DNA of 64,000 nucleotides from positions 55,742 to 119,741 of the IMG/VR virus record IMGVR_UViG_3300013132_005385. One strand, given 5' to 3'. The position numbers and the translations under genes are program-made. Each line of letters begins with the position of its first letter. Positions within the stretch are counted from its first letter, which is position 1. Under the pieces are notes generated by a model. That model was not told the DNA's origin and searched no databases. It saw only the letters and a program-made list of their open reading frames with translations. Positions 1-11,440 of the stretch are shown one piece after another. Source of the stretch: a virus.

Positions 1-198
1 TCGCCATCTTCAGTCCAGAAAGAAGAATTCAATTCTTTTTTATAGAATTCATCCCTGACCTCTTCCTGTTCTATGATCCATGATTCTAATTTTGCTATAT
101 GTGACAATGCTGGAATTTTTTTCTATATATCCATATTGTCTAACCAAAGGCCGCAAAAAAAGCGGCAGAAGCCGCTTGATGTGAATACTGGGTGTAAA

Positions 199-897
199 TT
201 AAAAGCTCATTTTAAGAAAGCATTCCATCGTCACCCTTACGTCTCCCTCGCAGTATTTTTTAATTCCCTCAAAATTCTTATTGTTCCAAAATTCCCCATG
301 TACCATTGCCCCGTTCATTTCGTCTTTAGGAGAGCTTACTCCTAGAACGCATGACATCAGATCCAGTGATGTGTATGTCTGACCCCAAGCTCCAAAGGAG
401 AATATTTCTGCAATATCCAGAAATCCAGTTTCCCATGGTTTTTTACTCCAGACTTGAATCAGAGACGATGGCTCTATACTATTAATTAGCATCCTTTTCC
501 CTAGAGTGGGGATATCAAAGTTTTTGATGGTGTGTCCCCCCAGTCTCCATCCTTTTCCCCGGGAATTCTCTAACACCTTATTGGTCTTATTTAGAATATC
601 CGACTCATCGTCAGAACAAAAAGAATTTATTCTAATGTTCATATTTTGATCAAAAGCTCCCATAGAAACACAAACGACCCTTGAGAATTCCGCATGTAGT
701 GCTGATTTTTTAAGCCAAAATTCGTCATCGGATGAATTTTGATCCTCTGGAGAATTTTTTCTTAGCCATACGCTTCTTTTTAACCAAAGTTCGTATAGTC
801 TTGGGTCTGATGCTTCTAGATCTCTTAATGTCTGATATGCACCCGTAGTCTCTATGTCAAAAAATAGAGTGGTTTGAAGATGTTGCTTCGTTATCAT
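199..897 (-). CDS. DEDDy 3'-5' exonuclease (PolB-proofreading-like, stand-alone)
   Basis: ExoI FDIETTG, ExoII HTIKNFDIP, ExoIII YCEGD motifs. Confidence 0.85.
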   Translation of the reverse strand: MITKQHLQTTLFFDIETTGAYQTLRDLEASDPRLYELWLKRSVWLRKNSPEDQNSSDDEFWLKKSALHAEFSRVVCVSMGAFDQNMNIRINSFCSDDESDILNKTNKVLENSRGKGWRLGGHTIKNFDIPTLGKRMLINSIEPSSLIQVWSKKPWETGFLDIAEIFSFGAWGQTYTSLDLMSCVLGVSSPKDEMNGAMVHGEFWNNKNFEGIKKYCEGDVRVTMECFLKMSF

Positions 898-921
898 TGA
901 TATATAAAATTAAAAATTACA

Positions 922-1155
922 ATGTCTGAATATTCTAAACTTGGATATAAAAACATATCCGCTCAAGATTCTATATCCAGGGGAGAGACTTTTGTTTCGG
1001 ATACTCCTTCAGGTGATCAATTAACATATGGAAATTTTGTTAACCTTAAGAAGGTCGGAAACTGGGGAATGCCTGGACAAACTCTACAGAATATGAAAAC
1101 AATAGAGGAGTTTTTAAAATCTGGAGAGATTGCGGGAAAGATAGTGGAAAAATAA
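922..1155 (+). CDS. hypothetical protein (77 aa)
   Basis: Fills the gap between two minus-strand genes; preceded by GATATATA at 899-906. Confidence 0.55.
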   Translation: MSEYSKLGYKNISAQDSISRGETFVSDTPSGDQLTYGNFVNLKKVGNWGMPGQTLQNMKTIEEFLKSGEIAGKIVEK

Positions 1156-1156
1156 A

Positions 1157-1957
1157 TTATTTTCTCCATTTTTTATCGATCCAAAATCTTCTTCCTGTCT
1201 TATCCACTATCCCAATCGCTCTATCTTTCCTTTGATAGAATTGGACCCAATCCTGGAAAGTATTCCACTTTTCTCCCTGTTGATCCTCGTAATTATACCA
1301 GTCCTTAAATTGCCCGCCTCCTAGAACATAGGCTTCCTGTGGTATTTGTTTACAGAGATGAAAAAGCTCATCTCCATGTTTTTCTATATAGACACAAGCA
1401 GGCCAAGTGGGATCGCAATCTATTCTTCCCAGAATCTCTGCTCTAAGATAATTTCCTATGCCATTAAACCATTTTTGATTCATGATTAGTTCTAATATTG
1501 GTTTTTTGAAATCCCTATTTGAGATGCTGGATATAATGTTACTGATAAACTCGGGATGTTCTTTAACTGGATCTGGACCTCTATCCTGACTCCAAGAATC
1601 TGACCATTTCCATCTTGCGAATCTTCTCACATCATGAAGACATAATGTTCCAGCGTTCGAAGAAAAAATTAAATGGGAGTGTTTTGGATAGATCTCGCCT
1701 GGAGCGACGAATGCCCAATTGGCTGACATTCCCATCATGAAAAACATCGAGAGATTTTTGCCTCCAAAATCAAAGGTCATTCTGAGTTCTTTTCCTCTGC
1801 TGTCAGCTTTAATCTTAAATTGTAAGTTTTCGTTGAGCGGGGAAAGATCTGTATTAGACTTCTTTTCTTCGCTTTTTCTGGCAGATCTGTAATAGATCCC
1901 AGAGGATTTGGAGTTGATGAACTCCGACATAATTCTTATCTCTGATAGTTCGGGCAT
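1157..1957 (-). CDS. nei: Fpg/Nei family DNA glycosylase (NEIL1/viral Nei-like)
   Basis: N-terminal PEL.E, RGKEL, H2TH motif MNQKWFNGIGNYLRAEIL; no C-terminal Cys4 finger. Confidence 0.85.
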   Translation of the reverse strand: MPELSEIRIMSEFINSKSSGIYYRSARKSEEKKSNTDLSPLNENLQFKIKADSRGKELRMTFDFGGKNLSMFFMMGMSANWAFVAPGEIYPKHSHLIFSSNAGTLCLHDVRRFARWKWSDSWSQDRGPDPVKEHPEFISNIISSISNRDFKKPILELIMNQKWFNGIGNYLRAEILGRIDCDPTWPACVYIEKHGDELFHLCKQIPQEAYVLGGGQFKDWYNYEDQQGEKWNTFQDWVQFYQRKDRAIGIVDKTGRRFWIDKKWRK

Positions 1958-1990
1958 AGTAATTTTTTACCCAAATATAGATTAAAAAAA

Positions 1991-2770
1991 TTAAATTTTA
2001 TCAGGATCCGGTAAACTATTATCAAAAATTATATCAAGATTTATCCCATATGGATTCATTTCGTCTCTGGTTAGAGTGGTTCCATGTGGGAGATAAATGA
2101 TCATAGGGGAAGTACCCTTTGGCCAGGAAGAAGCCGCTAGAAAGAGAGATTCTTTATATGTCAAGCTTCCCTGGTTTGTTGGAAATGATGTGCTGCGAAA
2201 AATTATAGGGATTTTATTTGATGCTGTTACACCGGGTAGCAGATCCTTAACTGAAAAAAGACTTGGCTTATCATCATTAATCACGCAGATCCTATTCTTC
2301 AATGAGTCCGGAAGAAGATAATGGAATTCGCAAAATCTCTCCATAATACCTTTTCTATCACCCTGTGCACTACCAATATGGATTATTAGGGGCGATACGA
2401 AATCGGAAGGAAGCTTAAGTAGATCCATCATTCCACCTATAAGTTTGATCTCGCTAACTGCCTTTTCCTCTGTATTGGTATCAGTGGTTGAAAAGTAGTT
2501 ACCTGATTTAATATAGAATCCAATTCTAAATTTTAGATCCTCAATAAAATGATTTATTCTTTCGATTTCAGAATCCGACGGAATGAAAGATTTTTCAAAG
2601 TCCCAATCAGTGATCTCAAAAATAAAACATGTGTGTCCAGTGGGGATTAGCTCCTTGATCTTATCACAGATCTCTCTGGTGAGATTGACGGGTTTAGACC
2701 TCGACGGCCTTTCCAGTCTGATAATTATTCCCGTCCTCGTTTTTATTCCGTTATAAATGTTTCCAAGCAT
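1991..2770 (-). CDS. UV-damage endonuclease UvsE-like protein, catalytic residues apparently lost
   Basis: IHIGSAQGDRKGIMERF...LKNRICVINDDK..FSVKDLL matches the UvsE core; ENDD and D..HH motifs altered. Confidence 0.65.
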   Translation of the reverse strand: MLGNIYNGIKTRTGIIIRLERPSRSKPVNLTREICDKIKELIPTGHTCFIFEITDWDFEKSFIPSDSEIERINHFIEDLKFRIGFYIKSGNYFSTTDTNTEEKAVSEIKLIGGMMDLLKLPSDFVSPLIIHIGSAQGDRKGIMERFCEFHYLLPDSLKNRICVINDDKPSLFSVKDLLPGVTASNKIPIIFRSTSFPTNQGSLTYKESLFLAASSWPKGTSPMIIYLPHGTTLTRDEMNPYGINLDIIFDNSLPDPDKI

Positions 2771-2818
2771 TATTTTCCCTGTATAATACTTTCTATTGGA
2801 AAATTAATAAATGTTTCT

Positions 2819-3607
2819 CTAAAACGCTTTAAATTCGTCTATAGACATCTTAGGCCATGATTCAATTGCACTCGATGGAGATAGGTTAGCTATTTTTATT
2901 CCCCTATTACTTAGCTCTCTCCCTAACTGGGCATATTCATCATCAATGAGTTTCGTATTTCTAGATAAAACATGGTTTCCTGTTTTTGAAAAGAAGTGAT
3001 TTGGTGTGAAATCAACACCGACCAAACCAATCTTTGATGCCCCCAACTGGTAAGCAACTATCACCGCCATATATGGGGAATTCATGGTGTAGTCAACTTT
3101 GCTTCTGTCATCTAAATTTAATTTTCCTCTGGATCCAAGGTTAATCTTTACTAATGATCTTCTATTGTTTAATACTCCAGGATCTATATGACTAAGAATA
3201 ACCGGGGATTTTGATCTCGTGACCCATTCGAATCTTCCCCTAGAAAATGTTCTTTGGTGATTAACAACAACCAAATAATTTGGCGTTAAAATTCTTTCAA
3301 CATCATTAATCCCAACAACCAAAAAATCAGAGAAATCATTAAATTGGTTTAACGACTCCCCACACCCAGCAACTATAAAAGGTTTCCCCTTTTGCGAGTC
3401 TATATAATCTGGGGAAAAATTAGCCCCAATGTAAGTGTTTATGTTTTGTGTTTGTATTCTGCCTTCCAGTGGAACTAATGATTCATTTAAACCTTCTGTG
3501 GGAATTGAATCATTTTGAACTTCATTCTTTCTACCAAACAAGAATGAATTTCCTCTAAATATCTCTTTGGAAATCTGCATTCTTCTTCTTTTCTCTTCTA
3601 TATTCAT
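2819..3607 (-). CDS. DUF115/MptE/Maf-like (sialyltransferase-fold) protein
   Basis: IVAGCGESL, VGIND, AYQLGASKIGLVGVDF motifs. Confidence 0.55.
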   Translation of the reverse strand: MNIEEKRRRMQISKEIFRGNSFLFGRKNEVQNDSIPTEGLNESLVPLEGRIQTQNINTYIGANFSPDYIDSQKGKPFIVAGCGESLNQFNDFSDFLVVGINDVERILTPNYLVVVNHQRTFSRGRFEWVTRSKSPVILSHIDPGVLNNRRSLVKINLGSRGKLNLDDRSKVDYTMNSPYMAVIVAYQLGASKIGLVGVDFTPNHFFSKTGNHVLSRNTKLIDDEYAQLGRELSNRGIKIANLSPSSAIESWPKMSIDEFKAF

Positions 3608-4446
3608 TACTTGAAAAGGCTTAACATATTATAGACTTTTTCTCCGTAAGTATCCTTAGCTTCTCCATAAGAGATGGAGTTTTTTTCTGGAAATCTAGAG
3701 ACTAGAATACTATATGCTCCCTTTTCATTTCTATTATGAAGGGTTGCTATCGACATAAGATCCTTAATTAATGGCCCGCATTCATTCAGATCTGGATGAT
3801 TATTAAAGAATGTTTCTATCTCCGTGGCCTTTATATGATCGATTAAATCTTTCCCGTGTGTAGGTTTTGATATGTGTATACAATCCCCCTTTAATTCGGT
3901 TTGGTAATCAGAATCTTCTTCAAGCTTTATGAAATACCCAGTCCCCATAGGACCGACTATTCTACCATTTTGATCCTCGGATAACTCTGAGTCCCAATCT
4001 TTCGATTCCATTGATCCCCAAACTATTTTTCCACCGGAATACTTTGCGTTCTGAGCAACCCTTTCCCCTGCAGTGATATTTGCTTTCATCGGGGACTTAA
4101 TATTCCCAGTGTCCAGGTTAAATTCTATTGTTCCGGGGATTGTTTCGTAAACCTTTTTAGTTTTAACACTCTGAATTGTAACCAGTGAATATTTTCCATC
4201 CTCAGATATCTTAGCGGAAATAACTTGACCCAAAACTTTATTCTTAAGTCCTTTAACATTAGCTTTCACATAGTCTCCATTTCTAAAAGCAGAATCTTTT
4301 ATGTCCTTCGTGGGATCCACCGTGATTTCTGAACTTCTGGAAAGATCCCTATATGGATGATAATTAACCTTGAAAACCCCATTAGAACTATTAAATGAGG
4401 ATCCTGTTAGGGTTTGTGAAAAAAACTCATATAATCTCTTGATCAT
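3607..4446 (-). CDS. hypothetical protein, possible head-internal protein
   Basis: 279-aa ORF in operon; N-terminus MIKRLYEFF. Confidence 0.6.
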   Translation of the reverse strand: MIKRLYEFFSQTLTGSSFNSSNGVFKVNYHPYRDLSRSSEITVDPTKDIKDSAFRNGDYVKANVKGLKNKVLGQVISAKISEDGKYSLVTIQSVKTKKVYETIPGTIEFNLDTGNIKSPMKANITAGERVAQNAKYSGGKIVWGSMESKDWDSELSEDQNGRIVGPMGTGYFIKLEEDSDYQTELKGDCIHISKPTHGKDLIDHIKATEIETFFNNHPDLNECGPLIKDLMSIATLHNRNEKGAYSILVSRFPEKNSISYGEAKDTYGEKVYNMLSLFK

Positions 4447-4449
4447 TTC

Positions 4450-4986
4450 TTAGTTCTTTTTTTTATATGAATCCATTAGATCCTTAATCTTTGAGGCCAA
4501 CTCATAGTTCTCTTCCTTAATGGCTTCTTCCAGCCTCATATTCAAATCCTTCTGACTATCCTGAGGAGATTCATTTTTTCTAATAGGTTCAACTCTTTCC
4601 TGTGAAATTGCTATGATTGGTGAAAATAAAATTTCTAGTACAGAATCATTTATGGGAACGTATATTCTGTCTTCCTCGTGTACATCGTCATTTTCAGATT
4701 CCTCTGAAATATCAATTTCCCATTCCCCGTTAACCCATATGATGCTCCATGGTCCATAATTTAATTCAGGGAGGTCATTATCTATGGCGTAATTTATTAT
4801 GGCCAAAACCTCTTCCTTTATTAATTCACTAGACATTTTCTCTCCTTTGACAATCTTTTTTATTCCCGGAATTTTAGTTGGCTCTACACCAACGCTTCTC
4901 TTTAGCATTTTATAGATCTTTAGAACTAAGTCCCAATCAATAGAATCTATTACCCTGTCTACTAAAATCTTGTTTTTTGGATTCAT
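4450..4986 (-). CDS. hypothetical protein with C-terminal UvrB/UvrC (UVR) motif
   Basis: LEEAIKEENYELASKIKD. Confidence 0.65.
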   Translation of the reverse strand: MNPKNKILVDRVIDSIDWDLVLKIYKMLKRSVGVEPTKIPGIKKIVKGEKMSSELIKEEVLAIINYAIDNDLPELNYGPWSIIWVNGEWEIDISEESENDDVHEEDRIYVPINDSVLEILFSPIIAISQERVEPIRKNESPQDSQKDLNMRLEEAIKEENYELASKIKDLMDSYKKKN

Positions 4987-4998
4987 GCAATTGTTTTT

Positions 4999-7900
4999 TT
5001 ATGCGTCTATATCATCGATCACAAGAGCCTCCGAATCGTCGAAGAATCTTAATCTCAAAGGTTGACCAGTTGAGTAATTCTTTTTATATATGGTACAGGA
5101 ATAATCCTGATACACGTAGGTAGCTGGGGTGAAATCTATATTGCTAACTTGACATTCCGTAATATTATATTGGAAATTATTTAATATGATATTGCCATCT
5201 CCAGGAGATCCTGATCCAGCACCAAATAAATGCCTGATTGTGTTATTAGTGAAATTATCTTCTATTGAATTAAGATTAAAAAGCCCTCTAATTTCATTTT
5301 CTAAGAAATCATTTCCAATTGAATTGTGAGCAAAATCATTATCAATATAATTGGACGAAAATCCGCTTCCTATCCTATTATTGTAAAATGTCCCATATAT
5401 TCTGTTATTATAGGCTCCGTCACCTATAATATTAAACTGCATCTCAAATTTAACTGTATTTTCCCCTATTATGCCGAAGGAGTTATTTGCGGACAAACTT
5501 CCGAGATCATTCGAATAAGAAATGTTATAGAACACATTATTGGAGAGGAGAAATGTTCCGGAATTGAGAGCAAAAATTGAGTGGTTACCAATCTTATTAT
5601 CCGCTGTTAAATATAGATTATTAAAAGTGGTAAATTCACTATATGATCCCGTGTTGTTGTCATATGAAAGTATATAATCACCAGTGGGAACTGCAGCATA
5701 ATAATTTACCCCTGTTGATGCGTATGAATAATTATTCGACACCAAAGTTGCCGATGTGTTTGTTGTAATTAACGAGATCTTAAAGCTTAACCCCCCAACT
5801 AAAATTACGTCTCCATTAGAAAGTTCTGTTGTAAAAAGGGTTCCAACCCCAGTCAACGATGTACCCGAAATGGTAACGGTGCCCGTTTTTACCGAACCTT
5901 GTGAGTAATTCTCATATCTTTTAAACTCAACACTTCGGTGATCATAATCCGTTCTGTTGCCAAGATCGTCTATTCTTTCTGTGATCCTGCCCTTCGCTGG
6001 AGCTCCCATAACCTCAGTTGTATTAAAGAATATGTCATATTTTAATTCGTCTGCTGGATAAATTAAAGACCAAGCATTAGGAGCTAATGTGCTTCCGCTA
6101 GTTGCCAGCACACAAATAGGTTCAATCGATGATGTTTTCGTCGTAACTGATCCTTTTGGTGTGTATGTTAAAGAGCCATCGAAAGTAAAATCTGGCTGGT
6201 CGTAAACTGTCTGATAGTCGCTGATAACATATAACGTTCCCGGAGATAAAGATCCAGGACTGGAAGTTATAGTATTGTATAAAGCGCTGTATGTGGTGAC
6301 GATAATTCCTCCTAAGCTTCCTGGACCTGTCATACCTGTGGGTCCAGTGGGTCCGATGTTTCCTTGTAATGTAACTATTGAAATAGAAGTAGATCCAGAT
6401 CCCTTAATTTCAATGTTGCTCCCAGATCCCACCGTGTAATCTACTCTAACCCAGAATCTTTCCCCCGCCTGTACATCTAATATTGCATTAGCTGTTATGA
6501 CTTCGTCGGGTGTATATGATGCTTCAGACAGAATTGAATTATACCCTCTGAATCCATCAACAGCCAATGGCCCTGATGTATTCTTCATTAAATCCGTTAC
6601 GATTTTAGATTCCCCTCCTGTTACAGAATGTGTGACTGTAACCCTATATGAAATTAGGTATCTTCCACTTTGAAGTATTTCCACGTATGTTCCAGTCTGT
6701 CCGGAATTGGTAAAGTTATTATATGAGTAATATGAACCATCTACTATTGGGTATGTGTCCAATAAAACCGGGGATGTTGATCCTGAAGATAGTGCAGGCT
6801 GAGATCCTAATCTATATCCATTAAATGAATATAAACTTGTGGGAATTCCTATAGGACCTGTGGGACCAATATTCCCGATAGGACCAATATCCCCAGTTGG
6901 TCCAGAATCACCTGTGGGACCAACACTCCCTGTTGGGCCTGTCTCTCCAGTAGATCCCGATATTCCCGTAGGACCAGTAGCACCAGTAGTCCCTGTAGGT
7001 CCAAATATGGTGTAACCTGCATAAACCCACGAGGATGTTCCAGAATTCCACTGGTAAACTTGTCCGTCGTTACCGTCTATATAAAGATCCCCGTCTATGC
7101 CCGAAAATATAGGCATACCAAATCCTGTGTATATCCCAGGTCCTTTATCTCCGGTTGGGCCTGTCTCTCCGGTGGCACCAAATCCAGTCATACCCGTGGG
7201 ACCTGTTGATCCGGTAAACCCTGTTTGTCCTTGAGCTCCGGTAAACCCTGTTTGTCCTTGAGCTCCGGTAGGTCCAATAGTACCAACAGATCCTATTGGT
7301 CCTTGTGCTCCTGTTGGACCTGTTGATCCAGTAAAACCAGTAGTTCCTGCAGTTCCTGCTGCTCCGGTTGGTCCAGTTACCCCAGTAGCTCCAGTTGGCC
7401 CGGTTGGCCCAGTTGGCCCGGTTGACCCAGTTGTGCCAGTGTCGCCTGTGGGTCCTCCAGAAGGTCCAGTTGGACCTGTAAGTCCTGTAGCACCAGTTGA
7501 TCCATTAGATCCAGTTGTTCCCGATAGAAAAGAAACCCAAGCATCAAATCCGTCTATGCCTCCAGAAAGACTTCCAGACGAGATGTTTGTTGACACAGTT
7601 CCCGTAATCAGTACAGCGTGTGAATTGGCAGATGCTCCTAAACCAGCATTTGCTATGATGGTAACGGTGTTAAGAGAAAATGAGGCAAGACAGGGAACTG
7701 ATAAATTTTGGAGAATATTAGTTACTAAAAGCTCCGCCGTGGTCACATTATCAATAGTCCAGGAAGCTGTTCCTGCTAAAACCGGACCTCCACCATTATC
7801 ATAGTAAACCGATATGGTTTGTCCAGATGATCCCCCTGAATTAATATCAAATTGAAAAGTTGCCTTAGTCTCGCCAAAACTTAAATATCCTTGGTAGTCG

Positions 7901-8325
7901 TCGCCAGTAAATCTGACCTGTCCGACCAATCCAGGCTGAAGAGTTGGAAGAGGAGCAGTCCTATCCTCTATGAGTCTAAGTCTTCCCCCTGAATTTTTAT
8001 TTCCAACCACGGCATGCCTGCCTATGAATATATCATTAATAAGGTTAATTCCCGATGCGAGAATTTCGCCATTATCTCCTTTAATCTCTATAGATGGATT
8101 TCCCGAGACCGGCAAATTAATAAGGTTTGCCTTAATAATGTTAGTGTTAAGCCTGCCCGTGGGAAAATTCAAGGATTTATCCTGAATGCTTATTCCAAAA
8201 GCTTTATTTAGAATAGCAAATCCTTGTCTTAATTGATCAAAATTACTATTTGAAACCTGGTTATTAGCTCCAACTGTATTTGTGGCTAACAGCTGTCTAA
8301 TTGTAATATCGCTAAGTTCGTTCAT
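4999..8325 (-). CDS. collagen-repeat fibre/virion protein with C1q/BclA-like domain and Asn-rich beta-helix C-terminus
   Basis: Long G-X-T/G-P-T tracts; [15 protein letters not shown]...[11 protein letters not shown]; N.IG..F repeats. Confidence 0.75.
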   Translation of the reverse strand: MNELSDITIRQLLATNTVGANNQVSNSNFDQLRQGFAILNKAFGISIQDKSLNFPTGRLNTNIIKANLINLPVSGNPSIEIKGDNGEILASGINLINDIFIGRHAVVGNKNSGGRLRLIEDRTAPLPTLQPGLVGQVRFTGDDYQGYLSFGETKATFQFDINSGGSSGQTISVYYDNGGGPVLAGTASWTIDNVTTAELLVTNILQNLSVPCLASFSLNTVTIIANAGLGASANSHAVLITGTVSTNISSGSLSGGIDGFDAWVSFLSGTTGSNGSTGATGLTGPTGPSGGPTGDTGTTGSTGPTGPTGPTGATGVTGPTGAAGTAGTTGFTGSTGPTGAQGPIGSVGTIGPTGAQGQTGFTGAQGQTGFTGSTGPTGMTGFGATGETGPTGDKGPGIYTGFGMPIFSGIDGDLYIDGNDGQVYQWNSGTSSWVYAGYTIFGPTGTTGATGPTGISGSTGETGPTGSVGPTGDSGPTGDIGPIGNIGPTGPIGIPTSLYSFNGYRLGSQPALSSGSTSPVLLDTYPIVDGSYYSYNNFTNSGQTGTYVEILQSGRYLISYRVTVTHSVTGGESKIVTDLMKNTSGPLAVDGFRGYNSILSEASYTPDEVITANAILDVQAGERFWVRVDYTVGSGSNIEIKGSGSTSISIVTLQGNIGPTGPTGMTGPGSLGGIIVTTYSALYNTITSSPGSLSPGTLYVISDYQTVYDQPDFTFDGSLTYTPKGSVTTKTSSIEPICVLATSGSTLAPNAWSLIYPADELKYDIFFNTTEVMGAPAKGRITERIDDLGNRTDYDHRSVEFKRYENYSQGSVKTGTVTISGTSLTGVGTLFTTELSNGDVILVGGLSFKISLITTNTSATLVSNNYSYASTGVNYYAAVPTGDYILSYDNNTGSYSEFTTFNNLYLTADNKIGNHSIFALNSGTFLLSNNVFYNISYSNDLGSLSANNSFGIIGENTVKFEMQFNIIGDGAYNNRIYGTFYNNRIGSGFSSNYIDNDFAHNSIGNDFLENEIRGLFNLNSIEDNFTNNTIRHLFGAGSGSPGDGNIILNNFQYNITECQVSNIDFTPATYVYQDYSCTIYKKNYSTGQPLRLRFFDDSEALVIDDIDA
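6845..7515 (-). repeat. Gly-X-Y collagen-like coding repeats
   Basis: GPTGPTG/GATG repeats, including a duplicated 27-nt unit near 7211-7268. Confidence 0.85.
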
Positions 8326-8372
8326 TTAACGGGCATATTTTGTTTATATATCCCGTTTAGATAACTTAGGAT

Positions 8373-8768
8373 CTAAAAATATACCTCTTTTATCTCTTTT
8401 ACCCAAGAAGCAAACTTTTCGGGATAAAATTCTTGGATTTCCCTTATTTCTCGAGATGAAATATTATATTTTTCTTTGATAAAGAGGAGAACATCCTCTG
8501 ACACTGGATCTTTTTCTTTTTTATCTCTTTTTATGGTTGACGTAAATATCCACTTTGGAGAGTTTTTATAGATTCTAGAGATATTATCTTTCCACCAATC
8601 TATAGTTCTATCCGGCTGAATCTTTATATGATTAAACATTCCAGCTTGAAGTGGATATTCGATAGACATGATCCTGTTGATCATGAAGAAATTTCGAGAT
8701 TTATCTCTGTCTTTTATTTTATTCCAGTTTTTACCATGGAATGATTTTATTATATCAAATGGACTCAT
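8373..8768 (-). CDS. clamp loader small subunit (T4 gp62-like)
   Basis: MSPFD...FMINRIMS pattern, size, proximity to gp44-like gene. Confidence 0.55.
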   Translation of the reverse strand: MSPFDIIKSFHGKNWNKIKDRDKSRNFFMINRIMSIEYPLQAGMFNHIKIQPDRTIDWWKDNISRIYKNSPKWIFTSTIKRDKKEKDPVSEDVLLFIKEKYNISSREIREIQEFYPEKFASWVKEIKEVYF

Positions 8769-8770
8769 AG

Positions 8771-9907
8771 TTAAAATAAATCAAATGGATCAAATTGTTT
8801 AGGAGTAGCTGAGACATCTCCCCATGGGGAATTCCCTATCATAGTCTTTTTATTTAAAAGAGGCGTCTTGGTTTCGTTGATCTGGTTGGAGGATATTATA
8901 TTCATCCTGGTTATCAGATCCATAGGTATAACTTCAGAGTTAAGCCAAACTAATTTTGCATTCTCGAAATAATTTTGCCTTGCAATTTCTCTCTTTTCTG
9001 TTGTGTCGCTTTCCCCGACTGATCTTAGAATAAATCCAGAAATCCACTCCAGAAACTCAGGATCTTTCCAGATCAATTCCAATCTGCGCCCAGACCATTT
9101 TCCCTGAGTAAAAGCTGCCCATATTTTATCCGCCTTAGAATCTGTTAATCTCGTAACATTTCCCTTGGAGTTCAAAAATTCATAAACGGACGGAACATCA
9201 TCTTTCTTATCGCCTATTAGAACTTTCTTGAAGATAAATTCATGTGGATCTATTTCTTCAATTATACACATCTTTAGGAAAGAATCCAGTTGCTGTCCCT
9301 CATCAGTACTAGTTGGAGTAACATCAAAGATTGACATTTCTCTTTCCTCAGATTTGATAGCATCAAGCCATCCTTTTGAGCAGACTATCTTATTATTTTT
9401 TGAATTTGCGTTCCATACTATGGTCCAGTTCTCTCCATCATGTTCAACAAGCTGGTGCATGTCCTTATCTCCTGTAAAAATTAAAACGCTTCTACCAGAT
9501 TCCCTGAATTTTTTATTCCAGTGCCACAATAGATCGTCACCTTCTGACCCCTGTACTTTTGAGTAATGAAATCCACTGTTTTCAAGAAAAGATCCAAACT
9601 CTTCCATTAGCTGAAAGAACGATGACCAATCAACTCCCTCTTCTTTGACCCTGCTTTCCTTATAAACGCTTCGTGATATTTTAAAATCTTTTCTCCATGA
9701 CCTAGAGTCCTTACAAAATACCACTTGATCTATTCCCGGGATAAGATTAAGCGAGTAGCATAGATCAGTCATAATTTTTTTCATTAGCATTGATCTATCC
9801 CCCGGGGAACTAAGAAAGTCACCAGGATTCTTGTCACCATATCCAGAAATCACTCCGAATGTTTTATGAAATAGGTAATTTCCGTCAACTAGTACATTTA
9901 TTCCCAT
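8771..9907 (-). CDS. rnh: 5'-3' exonuclease/flap nuclease (T4 RNase H-like)
   Basis: LVDGN, YKESR, EGDD, GDKDMHQL, GDKKDDVP. Confidence 0.85.
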   Translation of the reverse strand: MGINVLVDGNYLFHKTFGVISGYGDKNPGDFLSSPGDRSMLMKKIMTDLCYSLNLIPGIDQVVFCKDSRSWRKDFKISRSVYKESRVKEEGVDWSSFFQLMEEFGSFLENSGFHYSKVQGSEGDDLLWHWNKKFRESGRSVLIFTGDKDMHQLVEHDGENWTIVWNANSKNNKIVCSKGWLDAIKSEEREMSIFDVTPTSTDEGQQLDSFLKMCIIEEIDPHEFIFKKVLIGDKKDDVPSVYEFLNSKGNVTRLTDSKADKIWAAFTQGKWSGRRLELIWKDPEFLEWISGFILRSVGESDTTEKREIARQNYFENAKLVWLNSEVIPMDLITRMNIISSNQINETKTPLLNKKTMIGNSPWGDVSATPKQFDPFDLF

Positions 9908-9932
9908 CTTTAATTTTTATTTTTCTTGTGAT

Positions 9933-10403
9933 TTAAAAATCCTCATTTTTTATTTGCACATCAAATATATCAAAATTTTCAAAATCCATCCTATCAGCAC
10001 TAATTCTTCTCTCTGTTGAATCAGCATCTTTTCTTAGATTCATCCTTTTTCTCCTTATTTCCTCTGAAGGATTTATATAGATTATGAAAGAATTTTCTAT
10101 GACATCCTTTGGAAGATTATTAACCCCTCCCGGAGTTATAACGAAAACATCGCTCTTTAAAAATTCTGCGTGTGTGGTTCCATAGTACCATCCATTAAAT
10201 TTCTCTAACTCGATGAATTTTTCCGGATTCTCAAGAAAAAAAGAATCCTCTTTAAAGTGATAATCTACACCATCCATTTCTCCCTCCCTCATCGGTCTGG
10301 AAGTACATGAAACCGAATGTCTGAACCCCTTCTTTTCTAATCTCTTTCTTAATACGTCCTTGCCTGACCCTCCAGGACCAACAATGATTAATCTTTTGCT
10401 CAC
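9933..10403 (-). CDS. gmk: guanylate kinase-like
   Basis: GPGGSGK P-loop, TSRPMREGEMDGVDYHF, YYGT. Confidence 0.9.
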   Translation of the reverse strand: MSKRLIIVGPGGSGKDVLRKRLEKKGFRHSVSCTSRPMREGEMDGVDYHFKEDSFFLENPEKFIELEKFNGWYYGTTHAEFLKSDVFVITPGGVNNLPKDVIENSFIIYINPSEEIRRKRMNLRKDADSTERRISADRMDFENFDIFDVQIKNEDF

Positions 10404-11344
10404 GGTAATAATTTCTGTATGGAAAAGAATAGGCCAAGAAGAGAAACAACCGGATCTATCACGAGATTTCTTTCCGCCTGATATTTTGCTGTTAAAATTA
10501 ATATCTGCGGGATATACTGTATTAGGTTTGATTTATTCTCCTTAATCCACAGAATAAAATCATTAGAGAGTGAGTTCATCACCTCATCAACTCTACCTGA
10601 GTACTGACCAACAATCAATTGGTAATTTTTAATCGGATCCTTATCCTCTGTTAACATAATAAAAAGTTCTTCAAAACTCCAAAAATTCTCATGAATTTTC
10701 TTATCGGAAATCTCGCTGATGCCTTCTATCATCCACCTTTGAATGGTGTTCAGAGCAGATCTCATATCAGGAAAATATTTATTTGAAAAATCGGATAAAG
10801 CTTTTTCTGATATTTCTATTTCCATCTTTTCCAGAATAAGCTTAACCCTTTTATTCCATTCTTCCTGAATTTCTCTTTCTTCCTCCTTATCAATGGGGTC
10901 AAAATCAAAGATCTCGAATCTGCTCTTTATTGGATCTGGGAGCTTATTTAGATAATTGCATGTAGCGATGAATCTAGTTCCTTTAGCGAACTTTTCGATT
11001 GTTCCCCTTAGTGCTTTATAGAATTGGTCCGAAGCTCCATCAAACTCATCTAAAACGACTATTTTGATGGCGTTCTTACCATCCATAATAGAAACCGTCG
11101 AACAGAAGTCTGTAATTTTTGATCTTACTGTGTCAACAGAGCTTTCATCTGACACGTTAATGAATAAATGCGGATGATCCTTCATTAGGATTTTAGCCAT
11201 AGAAGATTTCCCACATCCGGGGGATCCCGATAGCAGCACATTTTGCTGGATTCCCTGTGAGAAAACGTTTCTGATTCTTTTAGGCAGAATCATGTGCTCT
11301 ATCTTTTTTGGACGGAGCTTCTCGGTAAGTAATTCTTGAACCAT
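10400..11344 (-). CDS. clamp loader large subunit (T4 gp44/RFC-like)
   Basis: EKLRP, GSPGCGKS, LDEFD, PIKSRF, FPDMR. Confidence 0.9.
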   Translation of the reverse strand: MVQELLTEKLRPKKIEHMILPKRIRNVFSQGIQQNVLLSGSPGCGKSSMAKILMKDHPHLFINVSDESSVDTVRSKITDFCSTVSIMDGKNAIKIVVLDEFDGASDQFYKALRGTIEKFAKGTRFIATCNYLNKLPDPIKSRFEIFDFDPIDKEEEREIQEEWNKRVKLILEKMEIEISEKALSDFSNKYFPDMRSALNTIQRWMIEGISEISDKKIHENFWSFEELFIMLTEDKDPIKNYQLIVGQYSGRVDEVMNSLSNDFILWIKENKSNLIQYIPQILILTAKYQAERNLVIDPVVSLLGLFFSIQKLLP

Positions 11345-11440
11345 AGTAATAGTTTAAATTGATTAATGATTCCAATCTTATCGATTGTATTTAACTATTA
11401 TATGGGTGGATAGAAATTAAAATTCGAAAATTTCTGGATT

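Noticed and set aside
11398-11425. ECF-type promoter upstream of the clamp loader
   Set aside because: ATATAA is present but the -35 match (GAATTT, 16-nt spacer) is too weak to count.
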